Source of the DNA: Octopus sinensis
Lineage: Eukaryota
NCBI RefSeq assembly: GCF_006345805.1
Contig: NW_021836297.1
Span: 1-64,000 of the forward strand
Direction: 5' to 3'
DNA: 64,000 nt
Both the position numbers and the translations under genes were made by a program. Each line of letters starts with the position of its first letter. The stretch's first letter is position 1. This document shows, piece after piece, positions 38,801 through 52,480 of the stretch. The notes under the pieces were generated by a model. The model worked only from the letters and a program-made list of their open reading frames with translations, was not told the DNA's origin and made no database searches.

Positions 38801-39486
38801 ACCTTTACAAATATTAACAATTACTATAGTTAAATTTTGCACTTTTGAATCGATTTGGGGAAAAAACAAGTAAAATATTTCTAAAATTAAAGATGAAGAT
38901 TGTAAAGAATTGTTTTCGTTGCCATCTACGTTCGTTACTAAGTTTCCAGTGCTATGGATGCAAGAATTACAAGTTTCCATTCCTTTAATTTTGAATTTGA
39001 AGAACCTTTGTATCTCTGAGAGAAATCAATACAATTATACACCTACGTACGTGCGTATGTATGTATGTATGTATGTATGTATGTATGTATGTATGTATGT
39101 ATGTATGCATGCATGTATGTGTACGTTTGTATGTATGTTGTATGCATGCATGCATGTATGTGTGTATATATGTATGTATGTATATATGCATGCATATGTG
39201 TATGTATGTAGGTAGATAGGTATGTATGTATGTATGTATGTATGTATGTATATGTGTGTGTATTTATGTAGATAGGTATGCATATATATATGTATGTATG
39301 CATGTGTGTATGTGATTGTTGTATGTATATATGTATGCATGTGTGCGTGTGTGTGTAGGTAGGTGGGTAGGTAGGTAGGTAGGTAGTAGGTACATTATAT
39401 ATATATATATAGTATATTATATATATATATATATATGTAGTATGTATATAGGTATGTATGCAGGTAGGTAGGTGTGTGTGTATGCA

Positions 39487-39521
<35 letters not shown>

Positions 39522-41415
39522 TAATGTAATTTGTATTCAATAATATATATATTTATGTGTTATTAAATAAGAGAATTGAAAATATTTATACAGTCGAAAT
39601 GTTGTGTAGATAACGCTAAATACCCAATTGGCAGCGAAGCGTAGATGTACTCGATTCACACTTTGCTTTGCTGCATTCAAACACTGGCTTATTACGTTAT
39701 TGTTAACTTTACTGTTTCATTTCATATAATTAGCTTACGTAACTTAGATACATACGTCCTACATACTTACAACTAATGTTGTATATATATCATAAGATAT
39801 ATCTTTCTCAAATTAAAAACAAAATAATAATAATAATAACAATGGTACGCGCTGCTTGATTGCATTCGTAAAATATGTTGGTTTTGTTTGACTGTTTTCA
39901 ATTTTATTTTTATTTAATCTTTTTTATTTTATTTTATTTTACTTTAATCTCCAAAGCTAAAGCAACCTATGTAATAATATAAATGGTTTAAACATCTTTT
40001 CTTTCATGTTTTGTGTCTAATTTCGCTTGATGTTAGGTTATATTTTGAAGTCAGGTGACATGAAGAGGAGGGAGAAGAGGAAGGATGGATGGAGAATAAA
40101 GAAAGGCACTGGTGTAGCAACATTCATTTCGTTCTGATAGCTTTGTTTGGTTTGGTTTGGTTTGGTTTGGTTTTTAGAAGTGCGAAGCAAATCGTCGACG
40201 AAATATATGATGGATGAACGGTAATGGTGGTGACTTATCTAAAAATAACAATCATTGTTTTGGTTCCTTCAATACAAACTCTTTGATTGTCAAAACATGA
40301 ACAAGTCTATAGTAATTACGTTAATGGGAAAGCGACAGAAAGATGAATGGCAGACGCTGAAGTGAAGGAAGAGATACGTTCGTGTGTAAAATTAAAAATG
40401 AAGTACAAGACGGAATCAGCGTTAACTTCCAAATAAACTATCAAACCAATCCAATTCTGTTTGTATTCTACAGAACTCCCCCTCTCTCTTTCTCTCTTCC
40501 AAAACCGACAACACATAGAAAAGCATTTCTATTTGACACCACTACCGTCACCGCCGATTTGCTATCCTTTTAAAACAATTTATTACGATTAAGCCTTCCT
40601 TTCACATTTTGGTATCATTTGTTATGTATTTCATTTGGTTGTCAAGTCTGTGCATCCGCTTGCGCAATAACCATGCAGTCTAAAGCTAAAATTACGATGT
40701 TTCTCTGATAAATAGTATATACATTACTTTGATGTGGCTGCTAACGTGTTTTCTCAAGATCTGAAGTCATTTCTTTGGCATCATTCTAGACGCTTTTTCC
40801 AGTTGTATCGTAATACCAGGATTAAAGTGTTTTGCGTATTTACTTTTACACATTCACTTGTGAAGTTGCAGACTCTTAACATTCCGAGTTCAAGTTTCGC
40901 TATCAACTTTGGTTTTCGTCCTTTTGAGGCAATAAAAACAATTATCAGTCAAATACTGGGACCGCTGTACTAGGATCGACCCACTCCTATTGCTGACGCT
41001 GTCCCAGCAATTTTCAGAGGATGGGTTAGTAGAATTACAAGAGGGTGGGTCGGCAAATTGACAGAACCATGAGAGCATCGGATAGAATGCTTACTCGCAG
41101 TATTTTTTTCTGAATTTCTTTGTTCTGAGTTCAAACCCCGCCTATGTAAATTGTTGTGCTTCACTCTTCCGAGATTGATAAAAAAAGAAGCACCGTTCAA
41201 AGGCGGTGTTTTGACGGAACTGTTAGAGAATCTAACCTGATGTTTCACAGAATCTATACCGAGTATACACGTTCTGACAGCAAGGCCTGCTAAGGCACCC
41301 ATGCCAAAGGAAAGACCCAAGTCGAAAGCCTTTCCACAGCCAGGTGGAAAACAGAGATTTGCATGTGTGCTTTCCACAAAAAATATCTTGCACAGCCCTG
41401 CACATATACGTGCGG

Positions 41416-41688
41416 TTTGTAGACGTCCGTGTGAACGTCGGGCTGCGTGTTCGAATCACGTCGGGTACGACCGCGTATCACGTCGGGGTCACCATTTGTA
41501 GACGTCCGTGTGAACGTCGGGCTGCGTGTTCGAATCACGTCGGGTACGACCGCGTATCACGTCGGGGTCACCATTTGTAGACGTCCGTGTGAACGTCGGG
41601 CTGCGTGTTCGAATCACGTCGGGTACGACCGCGTATCATGTCGGGGTCACCATTTGTAGACGTCTGTGTGAACGTCGGGCTGCGTGTT
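41416..41688. repeat. 79-bp CpG-rich tandem repeat, about 3.5 units
   Basis: TTTGTAGACGTC at 41416, 41495, 41574 and 41653. Confidence 0.95.
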
Positions 41689-42189
41689 AAGGTCTAGCCA
41701 CTGACCACACAGGACACAGCCAGTGAAGTGTGCTCAGCAAGCGCTGCTGCGAAGAAGCGGAGAGAGAGAATAAATCTGTTTCTGTTTTGCCCTTATAAAC
41801 AGTTTGCCATCGCGTGCCTCGTTGTGATCTCACGCATGCCAAATGGAATGCAGGTGAGGTTCCGCTCCAGTCTCGGAGGTGGCAATGGCTGCCGCGAGAT
41901 CTCATCCAATATGGCACTGACTGCTTGTGCCGCTACAGGTTACAAGGTCAATACTGAGCAATGGAGGCCCCTACGATGCTTCCGTCGGTCAATGTCATTT
42001 TCTTTCATCTACCGAATGTTTACTTTGTGTAACTTCTGAGAGTTATGGTGAAATAAAATGATTACATTAAACAGAAAATCTTAAAATAATGGTCATCCTG
42101 TTGTGTTTGAGTCTGCTCAAGTTTTGTGGTGTATGTTGTTATGAAAAAACAGATTAAATACTTTATAAACCTTTGTATATTTGCAATAT

Positions 42190-42605
42190 TACTCTTTTAC
42201 TCTCTTTTACTTGTTTCAGTCATTTGACTGCGGCCATGCTGGAGCACCGCCTTTAATCGAGCAACTCGACCCCGGGACTTATTCTTTTGTAAGCCCAGTA
42301 ATTATTCTATCGGTCTCTTTTGCCGAACCGCTAAGTAACGGGGACATAAACACACCAGCATCGGTTGTCAAGCAATGCTAGGGGGACAAACACAGACACA
42401 CAAACACACACACATACACAAATATATATATATACATATATACGACAGGCTTCTTTCAGTTTCCGTCTACCAAATCCACTCACAAGGCTATGGGCGGCCC
42501 GGGGCTATAGCAGAAGACACTTGCCCAAGATGCCACGCAGTGGGACTGAACCCGGAACCATGTGGTTGGTAAGCAAGCTACTTACCACACAGCCACTCCT
42601 GCGCC
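42190..42605 (-). mobile_element. SINE family A, full length
   Basis: Colinear with the other young A copies. Confidence 0.92.
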
Positions 42606-43267
42606 TATATGGCCACTCCCGCGCCTATATTTGTATTTGGTTTAACTTTTTTCCACTGAACTTTCTCTTCAGTAATTCAATACTCGAAACATTTTTACTC
42701 TTTAAACAAACAAGAGCGGTGAGCTTACAGAACCTTTACCATGCCGAACAACATGCAATGCTTACCAGCATTTCTTCCGGCTTTACGTTCTGACTACAAA
42801 TGCTGCCGAGGTCGACTTTGTCTTTCATTCTTTTTGTGGGGAGGCGATGAAATAAGTACCGATTGAGTACGGGGTTCGAAGTAATCGTCTTCCACCTCAC
42901 CTCCACTCACCACACCACACCACATCCCCGCCTCAAAATTGCTGGATTTGTACCAAACCTAGAGAGGATTCTATAAACGAACATTGGTTGGCAGATTAGC
43001 AGAGTCGTTCGAACATCAGAAAGAATGCTTCGCAGGTTTTGTTGCAACTCTCAACGCTCTGAGTTCAACCCCCACCCCCGAAGTCAACTTTGCCTTTTAT
43101 CTTTCAAAGAGTACAAAAAATGCCACCCACGCAGTGGATGGGCGAAACTGTCAGAACGTCAAACCAGACGCTGTGTGACATCTGTCCCGACCCTTTAGGT
43201 TTTGAGTTCAAATCCCACCGTGGCCTACCTGGGCGGTTAAACTAATCCACTTAAACTCCTTTAGTAT

Positions 43268-43875
43268 CAGGACACTTCGCAAGATTATGAGCCACCACTG
43301 GTTCAAATTTCGTATGCAACCAGTGACTATACTCAGAAACTGGGGTGCGTTCTGTTATTTGTAGGGTTCGGGAGTGCCTACTTAGACTCTTTGATCATGT
43401 TGCTCGGTTTTCCGAGTTGTATCTTGTGTATCATGTTTCTTCTCTGAAGATCCGGCTGGGGTGGCAGCTCATGTTGGTCAGCCACATGCCACGTGGTTAC
43501 GGCGGATGAGGAAGTTTCTTACGGAGATGAGAACAGCCTAAGATACCTATTTCTTTACTACCCACAAGGGGCTGAACATAGAGGGGACAAACAAGGACAA
43601 ACGGATTAAGTCAATTATATCGACTCCAGTGCTTAACTGGTACTTAATTTATCGACCCCGAAAAGGTGAATGACAAAGTCGACCTCGGCGGAATTTGAAC
43701 TCAGAACGTAACGGCAGACGAAATACGGCTACTCATTTCGCCCGGCGTGCTAACGTTTCTGCCAGCTCACTGCCTTCAAGACTAAGATACCGCTTGGATG
43801 GTTACCCAGGATTACCCGAGCAAATGCGACCAAATGGTGGATGCAGCGACGATCTGCAATGGCAAACACCCCCGA
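43268..43875 (+). mobile_element. Decayed RTE-clade LINE 3' end interrupted by SINE B
   Basis: Mixed-frame RTLRKIMSHHWF..FVCNQ*LYSETGVRSV..RLFDHVARF..EDPAG..QPHATWLR..AWMV..MVDAAT.C. Confidence 0.7.
43548..43781 (-). mobile_element. SINE family B with 10-bp TSD
   Basis: CTAAGATACC at 43538-43547 and 43782-43791. Confidence 0.9.
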
Positions 43876-44879
43876 CATAATGCAACCTGACATAACCTCA
43901 CCACTTAACACCACCAACTGGTACCTAGAGTACCTTTAGTGAAGGGTACGGTTCTGAAGGGTACAGTCCTGGGGCCAACTTCCTCCCTCTCTTCCTATCT
44001 TCCTCTGCAAAACGATATGTTCCATGTCTTCTTTCCTGCCTAAAAAAAAATTGTTTTAATAATACCAATTCAACTTTTTGTGCCGCCAGTCAATCAAAAT
44101 AGAATTTAGTAGATTTACAACCTCCCCCCTACATAATGCAACCTGACATAACCTCACCATCTAACACCACCAACTGGTACCCAGGGTACCTTTAGTGAAG
44201 GGTACGGTTCTGAAGGGTACAGTCCTGGGGCCAACTTCTTCCCTCTCTTCCTATCTTCCTCTGCAAAACGATTTGTTCCATGTCTTTTTTCCTAGCTAAA
44301 AAAACATTGTTTTAATAATACCAATTCAACTTCTTGTGCCATCAGTCAATTAAAATAGAATTTAGTAGATTTACAACCTCCCCCCTACATAATGCAACCT
44401 GACATAACCTCACCATTTAACACCACCAACTGGTACCCAGGGTACCTTTAGTGAAGGGTACGGTTCCGAAGGGTACAGTCCTGGGGTTAACTTCTTCCCT
44501 CTCTTCCTATCTTCCTCTGCAAAACGATATGTTCCATGTCTTCCTTCCTGGCTAAAAAAAAAATTGTTTTAATAATACCAATTCAACTTCTTGTGCCGCC
44601 AGTCAATCAAAATAGAATTTAGTAGATTTACAACATTCCCCCTACATAATGCAACCTGACATAACCTCACCATTTAACACCACCAACTGGTACCTAAAGT
44701 ACCTTTAGTGAAGGGTACAGTCCTGGGGCCAACTTCCTCCCTCTCTTCCTATCTTCCTCTGCAAAACGATATGTTCCATGTCTTCCTTCCTGGCTAAAAA
44801 AAAATTGTTTTAATAATACCAATTCAACTTTTTGTGCCGCCAGTCAATCAAAATAGAATTTAGTAGATTTACAGCCTCC
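43870..44879. repeat. Tandem array of four units of about 256 bp
   Basis: ACATAATGCAACCTGACATAACC at 43875, 44131, 44387 and 44644; the fourth unit lacks one TGAAGGGTAC sub-repeat. Confidence 0.95.
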
Positions 44880-45294
44880 TTAAAACACCACAAATTTAAA
44901 AAGGCTTTAAACTTTATCAGCTGAAAAATGATGCACCACAATCCGACCAATCAAAACTCAATTTCAAAGTCGTTGCTGTTCTCATTTCATATTCATTCCA
45001 TGTGTTACATTGAATAATGAACATCATCAGAGCCATTTAAAATTTTTATTCACGAATTGGAAAAAGCAAAAAAAAAAAAAATAATAAATAAATAAATAAA
45101 AAACCAGAAAAGTTGTCAACAGATATTTTATTTATTCATTTATTTATTTATTTATGTATTTATTTATATATTTTATCATTTGAGTGTGATTTGTTTTCAG
45201 AAAATAATCAACGCTCACCTTCGAAATTATTCCGTTAACAGGCTGACTGGAATGCGATGTACACCTATAAAGACATGCACCACTTATACGGGCA

Positions 45295-45430
45295 TTCGTA
45301 CATGCATGCATGCATACATGCATACACTCATACATACATGCATACAGACATACATATATACACATACATGCATATACATGCACACACATACATACATTCA
45401 ATCATACATACACACATACAAACATACATG

Positions 45431-45464
<34 letters not shown>

Positions 45465-45582
45465 TACATACATACACATACATGCATATACTCACAAACA
45501 CATACATACATTCAATCATACAGACACACATACAAACATACATACATACATACATACATAAATACATACGTACATACATACG

Positions 45583-45622
<40 letters not shown>

Positions 45623-47151
45623 CATACATACATACATATATACAAACATACATGTATACACACATACACACATACATACATACATACATACATACATACA
45701 TACATACACACACATACGTACAAACATATATACATAGGTACATACAGAGACAAACAAATACACACACACACATACATAGACACAAACATGCATACATACA
45801 TAGACAATAATATATACACATACGTACATATATATATACACACATATATACATACATAAATACAACATACATACATTTATACACACAGACACATATATAC
45901 AATCATTCATACATACATATATAAATACATACATCACATACGGACTTACATAGATACGTATTACATAATTCCAATAATCAAAAATGTAACATTCATATGT
46001 AAATACATTAGATGCAATAATACATATAGACATACATATTGACATACATACATACATACATGGATACATACATACCTACATGCATGCATACATATAGACA
46101 TACATACACACATACATGTATACATACACACATACCTACATACATGCATGCATACTTACATACATGCATACATGCATATTGACATACTTACATATATGCA
46201 TGCATCCATCCATCCATACATACATACATGCATGCATGCATACATATAGACATACATACACACATACATACATACACACATACATGCATGCATACTTACA
46301 TGCATACATATATACATACATGCATACATACATGCATACATACATGCATACATACATGCATACTACATACATACATGCATACATACATGCATGCTTACAT
46401 ACATGCATATTTACATACATGCATACATACATACATGCATACATACATGCATACATACATGCATACATACATGCATACATACATACATGCATACATACAT
46501 ACATACATACATACATGCATACATACATACATACATACATACATACATGCATACATACATGCATACATACATGCATACTACATACATACATGCATACATA
46601 CATGCATGCTTACATACATGCATATTTACATACATACATACATACATACATGCATACATACATGCATACATACATGCATACATACATGCATACTACATAC
46701 ATACATGCATACATACATGCATGCATACATACATGCATACATACATACATACATACATACATACATGCAGTCATACATACATACATACATACATACATTC
46801 ATACATACATACATGCATACATACATACATGCTTACATACATACATACATGCATACATACATGCATATTTAAATGAATGCATACATGCATGCATACATAA
46901 TTCATATGTGCAACAACATGGTAATAAAACATTGATACGTACATATATTAAAACACAAAAATATTTATATATACATACACACATAGTTATGTGCATACTC
47001 CTTTATGCATATTTGAATGCATGTATGTATGTATGTATGTATGTATGTATTGATATGTGTATTTATGTGTGAATTTATTAATGTATGTATGTGTGTATTA
47101 ATATGTGTATATATGTATGATAGACAGACAAATAGACAGGTAGGTAGACAG

Positions 47152-47195
<44 letters not shown>

Positions 47196-47239
47196 GGATG
47201 GATGGATGGATGAATAAACAGAGACAGACAAAAACAGAC

Positions 47240-47271
<32 letters not shown>

Positions 47272-47297
47272 TGAAAGACAGACTGAAAGACAGACAT

Positions 47298-47351
<54 letters not shown>

Positions 47352-47373
47352 TGAAAGACAGACAGACAGATAG

Positions 47374-47416
<43 letters not shown>

Positions 47417-47465
47417 CAGACATACAGACAGACAGACAGACAGACAGATAGACAGACTGAAAGAC

Positions 47466-47545
<80 letters not shown>

Positions 47546-47553
47546 TGAAAGAC

Positions 47554-47629
<76 letters not shown>

Positions 47630-47669
47630 TGAAAGACAGACAGATAGATAAATAGATAGATAGATAGAC

Positions 47670-47748
<79 letters not shown>

Positions 47749-47771
47749 CTGAAAGACAGACAGATAGATAA

Positions 47772-47804
<33 letters not shown>

Positions 47805-47935
47805 AAGACAGACAGACTGAAAGACAGATAGACAGACAGACAGATAGATAAATATATAGATAGACAGACAGACAGACAAACAGACAAACAGACAAACAGG
47901 CAGACAGTCAGATAGAATGAGTGAGTGAGTGAGTG
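45295..47935. repeat. Large compound microsatellite field: (CATA)n/(CATG) then (GATA/GACA)n
   Basis: Direct reading; explains the long HTYI and YLSI pseudo-ORFs. Confidence 0.95.
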
Positions 47936-48352
47936 AAAGAGAGAGAGAGAGAGAAAGGGGGAGTGGGAGAGAGATAACAAAGATTTGTAATAGCAATTTC
48001 TCTTCTTGATGCGATATATAAGTGCTAAGCGTAATAATATTGGAAATTTCTTTGTCAATCAACATTGAAAATGACTGACGGTTGCTGGCAGCAGATTTAT
48101 GATATTAATAATGGAATCTTGGCTGATGCAATTAAACGACATTGTTATAAATACACTTATTTAAAGATTTATTTAGTATATTAGGTTAAAGAATCCTCTA
48201 ATGTAGTTTCTATTGACGCTGCACATTATGAATAAATTCTATTTAAAATTTGAATATTAAGGTTTTTACTTATAAAGCGAAAATTCTCTAATTCTAAAAA
48301 GAATGTATGTAGATATTATGGCTTCGTCATACACACACACACACACATATAG

Positions 48353-48451
<99 letters not shown>

Positions 48452-48527
48452 GATATATACATACATATATATTATATATACACACTCACACATATATATA
48501 TATATATATACATATATATATACATAT

Positions 48528-48593
<66 letters not shown>

Positions 48594-48735
48594 AATATAT
48601 TCAACAAATAATTAAGGAATGACCCTGAGAAGGTCGTTCGACTCACTTGAAAAGAGCAGCTAAACTCAAAACCCCAAAAATAGTAGTAATTCTGAAACTA
48701 GAGGAGAAATAAAAACATTTATCCCCCTCAACATA

Positions 48736-48771
<36 letters not shown>

Positions 48772-48778
48772 ATATATA

Positions 48779-48833
<55 letters not shown>

Positions 48834-49018
48834 AAGAAGTAAATATATGGCACAACGAAGTACCGATATTTACTGGAAATAGCGAACGTAATAATACGAC
48901 GCTAATGTATATCTTCACCGTGTATGTACTAGCAAAAATACGTGAGTGCAAGAAACTAGAAAAAATTGTCTTACCTCCAGGGAGAACATCTGAAAGATGA
49001 AATACCTAGAAAAGGATA

Positions 49019-49098
49019 ATGTGGGACCGGAGCCGGTTTCAGATTTTTCAAGATATGTCTGCACCCATAAACTTGATCTATCTTCATCAGCCAAACAT
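49019..49098 (-). ncRNA. Candidate type I hammerhead ribozyme with intact core
   Basis: Minus strand ATGTTTGG-CTGATGA-AGAT..TCAAG..TATG[loop]CATA.CTTGA..ATCT-GAAA-CCGG-CT-CCGG-TC-CCACAT: both core boxes, extended stem II, stem III, GUC triplet, bulged stem I. Confidence 0.65.
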
Positions 49099-49499
49099 AT
49101 ACCACGACAACATTTCAGATGTTACCACATTAATGCCAATACACTCGACTGAAACGTCGAAACGCTAACAGCACGGGAACGGTGAAAAAGTTTCAATAAA
49201 TTAGTAATGCAATACGAGAGTATTGCCTTTCCAGTAAAGAATAGTCCGTGAGGGAAAAATATATATATATAATGCTTTTAAAGAAATACAGTTTCTGAAA
49301 TGAAAATGTTCTGGTAATTGTTAAAGAATTGCGATGGAATTAATGTAGCTAGTCTTTCTGAAATCTAACTGGGCTCCTGGGAAGAAAATATGGAGGAGGC
49401 TCAAGAGAGAAAAAGAACCCCCGTACCAGAGGTTGGCAGAAGACTGTTGCCAGAATGGGTGGGGACGAGGATTTTTCCCTGCAGTGTTTGGCATTCGAA

Positions 49500-49695
49500 G
49501 AACCCTTAATGCAGTTCCCAGGAAGAGTCAGTGTGATACGGAATGTAACAGGGGTTGGCCCTTTGAAATACAGCTGGGTGGACCGGAGCAAAGTGGAATA
49601 AAGTGTCTTGCTCAATGACACAACGCGGCGCCGGGAATTGAACTCACGACTTTACAATCGAGATCCACATACTCTAACCAATGAGCAACGTAACT

Positions 49696-49700
<5 letters not shown>
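49500..49700 (-). mobile_element. SINE family D relic with family-C-type tail
   Basis: Minus strand GAGTTCAATTCCC..TTGAGCAAGACACTTTATT..GTATTTCAAAGGG. Confidence 0.65.
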
Positions 49701-49754
<54 letters not shown>

Positions 49755-50019
49755 ACCGACCAGGCTATCAGATGTTGTTACACATCGCTGATCATAAGGC
49801 GCTTTTGCATTGTCTTAGACTTCTTATGACGCTACCCCACTGGCTAGGCGAAAGGGAGACTGGAGCAACATGAAGTAAAGTCAGAGACTCGAACCCACGA
49901 TCTAGTGATCGTAAGTGTAACACCCTAACCACTAGCTTCAAATGTACTATATATATATATTATATATATATATATATATAAGTATGTATGTATGTATGTA
50001 TGTATGTATGTATGTATGT

Positions 50020-50372
50020 AGTGGTAGCGATTTTCTTCACTACTTCAGGGAATGACGGCCCTGCCTGACACGAGTCCCCGGCTCAGCTAGCTTCGCCTGA
50101 CAGTACCCGGTATGGGTCCCTATCCAGGGTTACGGAAAGAAGACAACCTTCAAAGAAATCCGGAGTGGAGCCCCGTAGGCGGTTTAGTGTTCGACTCGAC
50201 ACTCTTCCGGCAGCTCCTGCAACCAAGCTGGTGCCAAACGTAATGCTCTGCACTCCTTTGGACTGCGTCAGCAAGGTCGAGGGTGGAATCCTGACGATTG
50301 GGCTACCCAGGATTTTCTTATATCTAGCTCAGGCCTGCGCAAAACTGGGGAGGAAACTGGAGAGGACATGAA
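50020..50372 (+). mobile_element. GC-rich interspersed fragment, possibly an RTE LINE 5' region
   Basis: GC-rich island between TATG tracts; CGGCAGCTCCTGCAACCAAGCTGGTGCCAAACGTA recalls RTE 5' regions from memory; no peptide motif found. Confidence 0.35.
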
Positions 50373-50443
50373 ATGTAAAAACCAGACTGGATGAGTTTAT
50401 GCGCAACTCCATTGTCTCCCGAGACAAAAGGATGCCAACAACA

Positions 50444-50474
<31 letters not shown>

Positions 50475-51146
50475 TGTATGTATGTATGTATGTATCTATG
50501 TATCTATGTATGTATGTATGTATATATGTATGTGCGTGTATGTATGTATGTATGTATGTATGTATGTATGTATGTATGTATGTATGAATGTATGTATGAA
50601 TGTATGTATGTATGTATGTATGTATGTATGTATGTATGTATGTATGTGCGTGTATGTATGTATGTATGTATGTATGTACGTACGTATGTATGGCGAGTGT
50701 TTTTGTCATAGAATATGTCTTTTAGGAATACAAAAACAGCAGAGTCTAAGAGAAGATCTTCCTCCATACAATCAGTAAAAGAATAAAAGAGTTTAAATTA
50801 CCTATATATTGAATTGTCGTCTGGTTAATTCTAAAACGGATGTTTGGACTAAGAAATTTGCTAAATTCTGACGAAAATAAACACTTCTTTAACAGCTTAC
50901 ATTAAAAGTTTGTTCTATAGTTATTATGTAAAGGAAAATATCTTATATATTTTAGCAAGACTTCGATAATACTTAGTGAGGAGGAAGGAGGACGGCGAGC
51001 TGGTGGAATGGTTTACGTGCCGGACAATATGCTTAGCGGCGTTTCGTCCTTCCTTACGTTCTGAGTTCAAATGCCGCTGAGATCGACTTTGCCTTTCATC
51101 CTTTTGTAGTCGATAAATTTAATACCCCTTGTGCACTGCGGTCGAC

Positions 51147-51690
51147 GTTAGTTAGTTAGTTAGTTAATTTTTTGGCTCAAAAAGTAAAAAGTAAGGCCAT
51201 GTAGGGGGGCATGTACTTATGTACAGGGTGGTATTCATGCAAAGAGTTCAGGCCATTTGTGGTCAAGGGAGACTTTGAACCGAGCGGTCGTCGGCATCTT
51301 CACTATCTCGTCCGGCAGCTTATTCCACGGATCCGCAACCCGGACGGAGAAAGCCCCTCTCATTCGATTGAGATGAAATCGTCGCAGATAGAGCTTTTCA
51401 GAGTGACCCCGCAGCCGACGCTCAGGAGCAGGAGTGAAGAACAGCTCTTTCGAGAGGTTACACTTTCCGCTTATGATGTTGTGAGCGAGAATGAGATCAC
51501 CACGGCGTCGTCGTTTTTCTAGAGAATAAAGGTCGAGCGTCCTCAGCCTTTCTTCGTAGGACAAATGCTTGAGACCAAGAACCATGCGGGTAGCCAGCTT
51601 CTGGACTCTTTCGAGATGCTGTATGTCTTTGAGGAGATGAGGAGATAAGGAGAAGAGGCTTGAATCCCGTACTCCAATATGGGTCTCACC
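51147..51690 (-). mobile_element. 5'-truncated CR1-clade LINE 3' end, inserted in a SINE B
   Basis: VRPILEY..ERVQKLATRMV.GL..LSYEERL..LDLYSLEKRRRRGDLI..LRGH..FSVRV...WNKLP; (TAAC)n tail; SINE B halves on either side. Confidence 0.92.
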
Positions 51691-52063
51691 GATGTAATCG
51701 ACCTCTTCCTCCTCCTCTTCACCAAATTTTCAGGCCTTGTGCTAATTGTAGAAAGGATATTCGGAGGTGAAATCAGAGTGTTTTTTAGCGTTGTTAGAGC
51801 ATAGGACAAAATTATTGACGGAATTACTTCCGGTTACTTTATGTTCTGAGTTCAGATCTCATCAAGGGCAGCTTTGCCTTTCATCTTCCTGGGGTCGATT
51901 ATTAAAGTACCAGTGATGCACTGGGGCTGATGATATTCACTAACCTCTCTTACCTTCAAAATTCTTGGCACTGTGCCTAAATTAGGTACAATAATTACTT
52001 AGGGGTGACATTTGTTAATCTAACAGAGATGTACACGAGTGTGTGTGTGTGTGTGTATGTGTT

Positions 52064-52142
<79 letters not shown>

Positions 52143-52480
52143 TGTGTGTGTGTCTGTGTGTCTGTGTTTGCGCGCATGCGCTCTTTTAAGCCAGGTACTT
52201 TAAAACTCTGGGTTTTAAAGGTCAGCTACATTAAGCCCAAATAGTTTTAGATTTAGCTGCATTCCAGAAATACGTAGTCACATGTGCGTGTGTGTATGTG
52301 TGTATGTATGTGTGTGTATGTGTGTGTATGTATGTGTGTCTTTGTCTCTGTGTGTGTGTGTGTACGTGTGTTTGTCATCACATATGTATATGAATGTGTT
52401 TGTAGATAGGTAATCACGTGTATGTGTATGTGTATGTGTATGCGCATGTCTATGCAATCACGTGTGTGTGTGTGTGGTGT

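Noticed and set aside
41416-41688. CRISPR-like array
   Set aside because: Units are contiguous with no unique spacers, there are no cas genes, and the context is eukaryotic.
45180-48065. Long HTYI, MYVC and YLSI ORFs up to 366 aa
   Set aside because: Tetranucleotide microsatellites lacking stops.
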